In this document: in pieces, positions 54,042 through 64,000 of the stretch
How the letters are laid out: the number at the start of each line of letters is the position of its first letter
How positions within the stretch are numbered: the first letter of the stretch is position 1
Assembly (NCBI GenBank): GCA_951406725.2
Contig: OX597833.1
Span: 44,578,001 to 44,642,000 of the forward strand
Length of the DNA: 64,000 bases
Direction: 5' to 3'
DNA from: Octopus vulgaris
Taxonomy: Eukaryota
The notes under the pieces: generated by a model
Told to the model about the DNA's origin: nothing
What the model saw: the letters and a program-made list of their open reading frames with translations, nothing else
The model's database searches: none
Made by a program: the position numbers and the translations under genes

Positions 54042-55136
54042 GTAAGTGAATTTCTTTCTTCATCTCATTTTAATAATTTTCACTCTTATTAAGTATAGTG
54101 CAAGACTCAGACTATTCCGGCAAGCATGGAACCAGGTTTCTGGATTTTCCGGTTCTCTGGAAACAGCCTAAATATATATACTTAAAATATAAAATAAATA
54201 TGAAAAGATAAAATTGTATTTAACAGATTCAAATTAATACACCTGTAGCGGGAATGCTCAGCGATTGGCTAGAGTATTTCCCGTGTGATAAAAAAAATTC
54301 AAACCAATCATGACTTCACCTAGACCTGGCTCCAGCAACGAATCCATCTTTTCGTGCCTTTCTCCCTGAGCCTATCTAGCACTATAAAGTCAGCATACTT
54401 TATCTACTTAACAGAGAGCATTGACAGGCGGCCAACAGAGATGACCGTCAGCAGCTAACTCGAGCTGACAACCACAATGAACGATCGGTGACAGCTACAC
54501 AATGACAAACAATTAAGGTTTTTGCCTGCTGGTACAATTACACGAAGAGCAATAACATTCGCATCCTCTCAACGACAACCTTTGCTGTTTGTTTACGGGA
54601 AGAATAAACTTTTGTTAATCATAAATCTCACAGATTTCTATCTTCTATGTAACACACCTCTAAAACAGAAATTGTTTGATATTTATGAAACCACTTAAAA
54701 TTCTTAAAATATATCATACTGTACAATCTACCCGGTATAATGTTTATAGGATGAAAATTAAATGAAGAAAAGTAAATAACATTCTGTCATTTAATCGATA
54801 CACATAAAATTAATACGCTTCTAAAGCAAGGTATGTGGAAGCGCAATGGCCCAGGGGTTAGGGCAGCGGACTCGCGGTCGGGCGTTGTGCGTGTTTTTTG
54901 AGCGAAAACACCTAAAAAGATCCACGAGGCTCCGGCAGAGGGTGGTGGCGACCCCTGTTGTATTATTTCGCCCTAACTTTTTCTCACTCTTTCTTCCTGT
55001 TTCTTGGGTAATGCTGCAATGGACTGGCGTCCCGTCCAGCTGAAGGGAACACACACGCCACAGACACCGGGAAACCAGGCCCATGAGCCCGGCTAGGTTT
55101 GAATAGGGCGCATAAATAAAATATTATTTTTATTAC

Positions 55137-55196
<60 letters not shown>

Positions 55197-55212
55197 CTTC
55201 TATCCATAACAG

Positions 55213-55298
55213 ATACATTGCACGGTGCGAATATTACCAACGTTTCTAGAGTTTTAACAATTGCAACATACCTGGTTTTATTCGAAATTCTTCGTTAA
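55213..55298 (+). CDS. Gene B probable terminal GPI-signal-like exon: (D)TLHGANITNVSRVLTIATYLVLFEILR*
   Basis: Same acceptor and TAA as A; both substitutions (A>V, S>F) increase hydrophobicity. Confidence 0.65.
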
Positions 55299-55525
55299 AC
55301 AACTTGGAAAAAGAACCAAATAAGTTAGTAACATCCTTCTCTTTAATGTTGTGCACAGTTTATTATGCTATTCATCGTCTTTTGCTTTTTATTCGATTGT
55401 TTTCCTTCACTTCTTCAAACCGACCTATCGTCAAAGACAGTCTAGAATTAATCATTCCATCTTCTCGAACGTAGTTCATTTCAAACCTCATTAGCTAATC
55501 TATCATTCCGTTTACTGATTGACTG

Positions 55526-55587
<62 letters not shown>

Positions 55588-56079
55588 ATAAATGGTGGGG
55601 TTGTGTTGACCGACGTGGAGAAATGATAGGCAAGGAAAAATTATAAAAAGGCAGAATGAAAGTAAATTATAAAAAGGCAGAATTGAAAGTAAATTTTAAT
55701 GAAAATGGGTGTATGGAATTTTGGCAAAGTAAGCTCCCGTCGAAGTTTTGCTTCCTCTTCTAGTTCTCCTATAATTTTTTTTTTTTTTCATTAGTTACTT
55801 CCGAGGAAAAAAATCCACTTCGAATGTGTTTCGGCATATTTTTGGCATTTATATGACTTCCAGAAGTTTTGCTTTCTTATCTCTTTTACTTGTTTCAGTC
55901 ATTTGACTGCGGCCATGCTGGAGCACCGCTTTTAGTCGAGCAAATCGACCCCAGGACTTATTCTTTGTAAGCCTAGTACGTATTCTATCGGACTCTTTTG
56001 CCGAACCGCTGAGTTGCAGGGACGTAAACACAGCAGCATCGGTTGTCAAGAGATGTTGGGAGAACAAACACAAACACAG

Positions 56080-56172
<93 letters not shown>

Positions 56173-56804
56173 TACGACGGGTTTCTTTCAGTTCCGTCTA
56201 CCAAATCCACTCACAATGCTTTGGTCGGCCCGAGTAGAAGACACTTGCCCAAGGTGCAACGAAGTGGGACTGAACCCGGAACCATGTAGTTGGTAAGAAA
56301 GCTACTTACCACACAGTCATTCATGTCTACCACATCTCTTTTCTTTTTCGATGTGCTTCGTTTTCCACATTTCTTTCGTTTATTTTCGACATCCAAGGAG
56401 GTTGCCGTAGGCTTTTTCTAGTAGATTTTATAACTGTTGGTATAATTTCAGCTAAATTCTTAATTTCAGAGTTTACATATTCATTTACAAGTTTTCCGTC
56501 TGCAGACTGTTTTTCTATTTCTTTTAAACTAAAGGATCGTGTGTCAATCATCGTGATGAGGGTTGACAATTTCGATGATATTTCCATATATATGAATGAA
56601 TGAGAAAAAGAAGAAAATAGAGAAATTGACATATAAACGTCAGTTTATTCAAAGATATTCATATCCATATAATATAAAATTCTTATCCCTACACCTGTTT
56701 CCATGGCCAATTAATTCATTACAGAAAGTAAATTAAAGTAAATTAATTTAAAATTTTTATATTGGAATTGGTTAATTAGGTATTTCATCAGGTCTTTGGC
56801 ATAA

Positions 56805-56930
<126 letters not shown>

Positions 56931-57380
56931 GATGTGGAATACGAGTTGTGATATATAAAAAAGGAAATGAAGAAAATGCTGACAAAATAATTTAAGTAAG
57001 GGAGAGTGTATTTAATTAGGTGAAAGTTCTTTTTAGTCGGTTGCGCATTTGTTATGCTTATCAAAAGATATTTTTAGTGAGAAAGAGTTCCTTTCTGATT
57101 GATTTTTTTCTCTTATCTGTAAGAGAAAAAATCAATCAGAAAGGAACTCTATCTCACTCGAAATATCTTTTGATAAGCATAACAAATGCGCAACCGGTAA
57201 AAAGAACTTCCACCCAATTAAATACACTCTCCCTTACTTAAATTATTTTGTCAGCATTTTCTTCATTTCCTTTTTTTATACATATATATATATATATGTG
57301 TGTGTGTGTGTCTGTGTGCGCACGTGTGTATACATCCTGTCTATATCTATTTATGCTTTTATTCTATAAAGTCAATGAGA

Positions 57381-57465
<85 letters not shown>

Positions 57466-58570
57466 CGTTCGGAAAATTTATATTAATATTTTTTTTCTTT
57501 TTTCTTTCAACACCAATAACAATACCAGCCGCAGAACCAACGACAACAACTACAGTATCAGAACCAATGACAACAACAGCAGCAGCAGCAGCAGCAGCAG
57601 AGCACCAACAGTAGCAGCAGCTGCACTAACAGCAGCAACAGCAACAACATTAGCAACAGGACAGCAGCAACCATTACATACCAATAATGTCAAAAAAATA
57701 CAAGACTATCAGAGAAAATACCCACTCAAGACCACATATATTAGGAATTACAACAAATGGCAGGATTCTGGTTTAAGTACCCTATACAACTCCTCATAAC
57801 GTTTTTTTTTTTAATTATTTTGGGGGATTTTCAGAAAATTTTAGCGAATGTGTGTTCTACACACAGGAATTTATATGATTATCAAAAAAGAAATGCTTTT
57901 AATTTTTTTAAACCCTCTCCCACGCCCACCCCACCCCATAGATCCTAAAAGTTCCACTTTTTTTCGGTTTTTCTGTTTTAATCAGTGTTTAAAATAAGAA
58001 TAGTCCGAATTTCTTGCTTAAATCCCAGCAATGGACCACTCTTGATTGCATCATCATTCCATTAAATGTGTTTATGGGAAAAAATATATTGAGGTGTCAA
58101 GGTGTCGGGTGGTCGTGACATGTGCTAAAAATGGCAACTACATCGCCCTTAAATAAAATACACATTTTTTTTGCGGTGGGATTACATAATCGTACGAATT
58201 CGCAAAATTTCTTTTTTTGCTTAATCGCAGGAGTGGTTGTGTGGTAAGTAGCTTGCTTACCAACCACATGGTTCTGGGTTCAGTCCCACTACGTGGCACC
58301 TTGAGCATGTGTCTTCTATTATAACCTCAAGCCGACCAAAGCCTTGTGAGTGGATTTGGTAGACGGAAACGAGGAAGGTGTCAGGTGGTCGTGAGATGTG
58401 CTAAAAATGGCAACTAAATCGCCCTTAAATGACACACACAATATATTTATGGCGCTGGGGTTACATAATCGTACGAATTCGCAAAAATTCTTTTTTTTTA
58501 CATAATCGCCCGTCGCATATATGCATATTTATGTGTGTGTGTGTGTGAGTGTGCGTGTGTGCGTGAGTGT

Positions 58571-58610
<40 letters not shown>

Positions 58611-59112
58611 GTGTGTGTATATGTTTGTGTGTCCCCCCCCCAACATCCCTAACAACCGATGCTGGTGTGTTTACGTCCCCGCAATCTAGCGGTTCGGCAA
58701 AGGATACCGATAGAAAACGTACTAGGTTTACAAGGAATAAGGCCTGGGGTCGATTTACTCGACTAAAAGCGGTGCTCCATGGCCGCAGTCAAATGACTGA
58801 AACAAGTAAAAGAGTAAAAAGAGCGTAATCGTACGAATTCGCAAAAATTTTCTGAAAATCAAATACAAAAAAAAATTTTTTTTAAAGTTCTGAAGGGGTT
58901 ATATGAGATCCTTAAACCAGAATTCAGGACAGAAAATAGAACTATGACAAAATTTACATTTGCGACAGCAACACCTACAAATGATCCCCCAAGAAAAGAT
59001 ATATTTACAGAAAATAACATCAGCTGGACCAAAAACAACAAAGGAAGCTCAGCGACGACATAGCAACAACAATAACAAATATAAGCACACACACAAAAAA
59101 GAAAGAACAAAA

Positions 59113-59158
<46 letters not shown>

Positions 59159-59195
59159 GGTGGTGGTGGTGGTGGTGGTGGTGGTGGTGGTGATG

Positions 59196-59242
<47 letters not shown>

Positions 59243-59373
59243 GGTGGTGGTGGTGGTGGTAGTGGTGGTGGTAGCAGTGGTGGTGGTGGTGGTGGTGGTA
59301 GTAGTAGTGTAGTGGTGGTGGTGGTGGTGGTGGTGGTGGTGGTGGTGGTGGTGGTAGTGGTGGTGATGGTAGC

Positions 59374-59406
<33 letters not shown>

Positions 59407-59638
59407 GGTGGTGGTGGTAGTAGTAGTAGTAGTAGTGGTGGTGGTGGTGGTAGTAGTGTTAGTGGTGGTGGTAGTAGTAGTAGTGTTGTTGGTGGTGGTG
59501 GTGGTAGTGGTGGTGGTTGTGGTGGTGGTGGTAGTGGTAGTGGTGGTGGTGGTGGTGGTAGCAGTAGTAGTAGTAGTAGTAGAGGTGGTGGTGTTAGTGG
59601 TAGTAGTAGTGGTTATGATGGTGGTGGTGCTGGTGGTA

Positions 59639-59682
<44 letters not shown>

Positions 59683-60630
59683 GGTGGTGGTGGTGGTGGT
59701 GGTAGTAGTAGGAGTAGTAGTCCTTTCAATTATAGTCATAAGCGTCTGAAATTTTGGGGGCGGTAGCTAGTCGATTACATCGACCAGAGAGTTTGACCGG
59801 TATTTATACCATCACTCCGAAAAAACTTATTAAAAATTTTTAAATTAAAAAAAAAAAAAGGCCAAGTCGATTTCGGGCGTAATTTGAACCCAAACCTTAA
59901 AGGCGGATGATGAAATGCTGCTATGCATTTTACCTGGAGCGCTAACAATCCGTTTCTGCCATCGTGCCGTCATTTTGCAGCATATTGTAGCACAAGGTCA
60001 GCAGCGTTGGGCAAAACCGAAGAAAGTTGATTACATTGACCCAACACCACCACCAGTACTTGACTGGTCGATAAAATTAAACCCCAATCAAGCGTAGGGG
60101 ATTGTGAAAAAATATTTACACGATTAAAAATATTTAAATTAACCTTTTCTCTACTCTGGGTGAATAAAGTGGCCAATTTTTATTCCAAAGTTTCTTGTTG
60201 GCAAAACGAATTGATAAAAACAAATTGTTTCCCCGTTAGGAAATTCCACAAGAAATTGCCTCGAAATAGCAGAGTTGCAAGAGCTGCCACTACAGCTGTT
60301 TCAAGTCATCTCTTCTAGCTCTTTATTGAAAGTTCTGAAACTTCCAGTCTTTAGTTGGGACCTTCTGGCCTGCAAATAGACGCACTGGGATCGATCTAAT
60401 CGATTTAATCCCTTTGTCTGTCTTTGTTGGTACCCTCCATGCCTACTATTACTCTCACCCCAGCACGAGAAAGTGTCATTCAATAGTGAGAGAGGGGGTC
60501 AAAATGTGACACACTGACACACAGAAATTAGTATATAATTGTATGTATGTATGTATGTATGTATGTATGTATGTATGTATGTATGCATGCATGTATGTAT
60601 GCATGCGTGTATGTATGTATGTATGTATGT

Positions 60631-60714
<84 letters not shown>

Positions 60715-60855
60715 GCATGAAGGCAGACTGACAGACAGATAGACAAACGGACAGATAGATATTTTCACACATACATACATACAATACATACATACATACA
60801 TACATACATAATGAGAGAGTGACCGAGAAAGAAAGAGAACAGTTTCACACTTTGG

Positions 60856-60902
<47 letters not shown>

Positions 60903-60978
60903 TAGAGATACAACAAAATCTGTTTAACACACATCTTCACATCAAGAATCCTGCAAATCAAATAAACAACGAATTATA

Positions 60979-61014
<36 letters not shown>

Positions 61015-61109
61015 TGTATGTATGTATATATGTATGCATGTATGTATGTATGTATAGATAGATAGATAGATTGATAGAGAGAGAGAGAGAGAGATAAATA
61101 GATAGATAT

Positions 61110-64000
61110 GTTCCTTTATGTTTCTTTATTAGCCACACAGGGCTGCACACAGATAGAACAAATTACAAGGTAGAGCTTTTCTTTTGTGGGTAAAAAAAAA
61201 AAAAAAAGTTTGGTGGTGGTTTTCGATCAAAAGGAAAGAAAGAGGACAAAAAAAGGGGGGTTAAAAAAAAGGGGGGAAATTTGATCAATATGGATCGTTA
61301 TCACAGAAATGTCAATATTAAGTGTAAAGGGGAGGACAGGTGAGGTTTACCCGTGGAAAGAAAAGCCTACAGAAAAGACCACGGTAACCTCGGTCAATGA
61401 AGTCACATGTTATATTTCTTTTTTTTTTTTTTTTTGCAAATAAGCAACTCTCTGTATTAATTTTTACGGTTCATAGAATCATAGTCAAGGTGGCTTCGTC
61501 ATTCATACGTGCCATTCTTGCTACATTCACCCATCTTTTTTTAAAACATTCACTAGACAAAACTTGCCTCTCTACTCACTTTCCTCTTCAAGTGATACTT
61601 GAAGAAGTTGATGAGAGATTGACCAGAGAGGAAAGTGTTTGTCTCTAATCCTTTCAGGCGCGTCCACCAGATACATTCTTTCGCCATAGCCACAAGTATG
61701 ATAAAAATAGCTCTTCCTTCCCGTTTGAAGGAAGGAGGCGTGACGACATTAACGATAGACTCGGCTGATAAACCGACACGTCCCACACGTGACAGCAGTC
61801 GTTCGACATAAGTCCATCAGTCGGAAATTGCTGGACACTGCACGATTGCGTGCAGAGCGGTTTCGTCGCTCTGCCCGCATCTCGGGCAGGTCGGCCCCGT
61901 GTTTCTCGAGCCATGCCTATAGAGCTTATCCCGAACGGGTAGCGCTTCTCGGTAGCACCGCCAGGCCAGGGATCTCTGGAAGTTATCCATAGGTCCCGGG
62001 CCGAAAGTCGTTTGAAACAGGTGGGTCAGGTATTCCTCGTCGACGCCTAGGTTTGCCCCGAGATCGTCGTCGTACCTCCCCTCCACTAATCCCCTATAGA
62101 ATGCTTTGGTTGTGTTGAAGTCACTCAAGGTCGACCCGGGACGGCAGAGTTGCTTGAGAGCAACGCGACACTCGCGGTGCCATTCGCCCTTCCTCGGCCT
62201 CTTTTTGATCCACGACTGCAGTTCGGTCATGGAGACGAGCTGCGGGAAAGCGTGCCTCACAAACGGCGACCACACCTGTTCACCGTCGTCTACATAGAGC
62301 CAGAGATGTCGTAGTCTCAGCGCGTGTCTGCGCATCATCAACCACGGCATGCCCAGCCCTCCTTTTAACGGGTGTTGACAGCAAATGGATCGCCTGACCA
62401 TCGGGACGCATCCTTTCCACAAGAAGCGGAAGAGAATGCGTTCTAGTTTGGTTATGGTAGGGTCGGGACAAGGTACGACGGTCAGGCGGTAGTAGATGAT
62501 GGACGCGATGTACGCGTTCGCCACCTCCGCCCGACCTTTTAGGGGCAATTTCCTCTCGGCCCATTGCTGGGCGAGAGTGACCACCCTACTCGTTATCTCG
62601 TTCCAGTTCTTCTCCATTTGGAGGTCCGGACCGAACCAGACCCCGAGCAACTTAACCGGGCCGTGTGTCCAGCGTCCCACGACGGAGGTACTGGTGGACG
62701 GCATGGGTTTGCTTCTCCAGGTGCCGAGCCGCAAGCCCACTGACTTTTCCCGGTTGATTTTTGCTCCTGTCACCGCTTCGTAGTCTTTCAGTGTCTCGCC
62801 GACCCGCTCGATGTGCGCGTGGCTTGACACTATGACGGTGACGTTGTCCGCGTATGCAGACACGCTCGTCCCGCATCCTAATTCTCGCGGGATGCCCCTC
62901 AGAGTCACCAGCTTCCGCAGTAGTGGCTCAAGAGTCAATACGTATAGAAGCGCCGAGAGGGGGCATCTCTGACGGACCGAACGTGCAATGTCGAAAGGTC
63001 TCGATAGATGTCCATTTACGCGAATTACCGAACGGATGCCTCTGTACAAGACAGCTATCCAGCCGCGGAAGACGGGACCGAAACCAGCCGCTCTCAGGAC
63101 TGCCTCCAAGTATCGATGGTCTACCCTATCGAAGGCTTTCGATTGATCCAAGTTGATCAGGGCCCCACCCACGCCAGGTTCGTTAACTACCCTGTCTATG
63201 CTGTAGCGCATCAGATGGAGGTTGTCAAGGATGCTCCGGCCCGGCACGGCGCACGTTTGTGCGTTGTCGACCAGTTTCTCGATGACAAGCGCCAACCTCT
63301 TGGCTAACACCTTTGTCAAAATTTTCAGGTCTGCATTGAGCAGAGTGATTGGTCTAAAGTTATCTATAATGTTCCCCTTGTTTGGATCTTTCTTCAGCAG
63401 AGTTACAGCTCCTCGACTCACAAAACCGGGTATGCTTCCGTTTTGCTGCCAGTTGCAGTATACCGCTGCCAAGACGTCTCCAAACAAGTCTGGCATACAA
63501 TTGTAAAACTCGTAGGGTAGACCATCCAAACCCGGTGATTTGTCCCTCGAACATTCTGCCATCGCTTCCTGCACTTCCGCCGCCGTGATGGCACCTTCGC
63601 AGCACCCTGCCTTTCTTGTCGAGAGTCGTGGTAGGCTATGTAGGTAGGCACTGAAGTCCACCCTACGTTCTTGCCCTCCACTCGTCCCGAACAGTCGGGC
63701 AAAATGCTGCTGAAAGGCCTCACACATTTTACTTGGCTCGAGCAATTCGCGCCCCTGTTCATCTACCAGGGACCGAATGGTGGCTTTGTTGCCCTGTTGC
63801 GCCTCTGCCACCCGGGCCTCTCTCGCGGCTCCAACACCTTCGTCCCTTAGAGCACGCATCCTAGCTCTGACAGCACATCCTTCGTGTTTGGCGTTGAAGT
63901 GTTGGTCGAAGGCCAACCTCGCCGCCAAAACGTCGGAAGCGATGCCGCTTCTAATTGCCTCTTCTAGCTTCTTAACTAGCTCACCCTCTACTCTATTTCT
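61110..64000 (-). mobile_element. Young but defective Tx1/L1-like LINE (ORF2 reverse transcriptase + zf-RVT), continuing past the window end
   Basis: ORF 63928-61817: KSPGLDGL, NFRPITLLNADLKI, LDQSKAFDRV, VRQRCPLS (G>R), AYADNV (YADD>YADN), CPRC..H..C; in-frame TGA at 61817; 3' UTR with AATAAA near 61127. GC-rich relative to the flanks. Confidence 0.93.

Overview
AT-rich, repeat-dense eukaryotic DNA. The tRNA-derived SINEs, the dense (TA)n/(TACA)n/(GTA)n microsatellites and the LINE families suggest an octopod cephalopod (inferred). The window is a head-to-tail tandem duplication: unit A (1-~28,030) matches unit B (~30,804-~61,100), and each unit carries its own TE insertions. Each unit holds a spliced + strand gene that the ORF track mostly misses. 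Its structure is a candidate leader exon, a V-like Ig exon (321 nt), a second Ig exon (342 nt), a run of symmetric phase-1 micro-exons (18-48 nt) encoding a Thr/Pro/Lys mucin-like stalk, and a terminal exon resembling a GPI-anchor signal. The micro-exons lie in duplicated exon-plus-intron cassettes whose number and length differ between paralogs (A: 30/18/33/18/33/48 nt; B: 30/36/17/21/21/33/48 nt). The Ig exons differ mostly by non-synonymous changes. Together this suggests a diversifying tandem family of 2-Ig mucin-stalk surface proteins with a modular stalk length. Other content: a U6 snRNA pseudogene in each unit, Penelope-like remnants with minimal hammerhead ribozymes and long palindromes, mariner, hAT, Chapaev-like, RTE, R4/Dong-like and Tx1/L1-like remnants, and a solo-LTR-like insertion. 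All exon calls were read by eye from splice signals, phase and A/B conservation; no transcript evidence was available.
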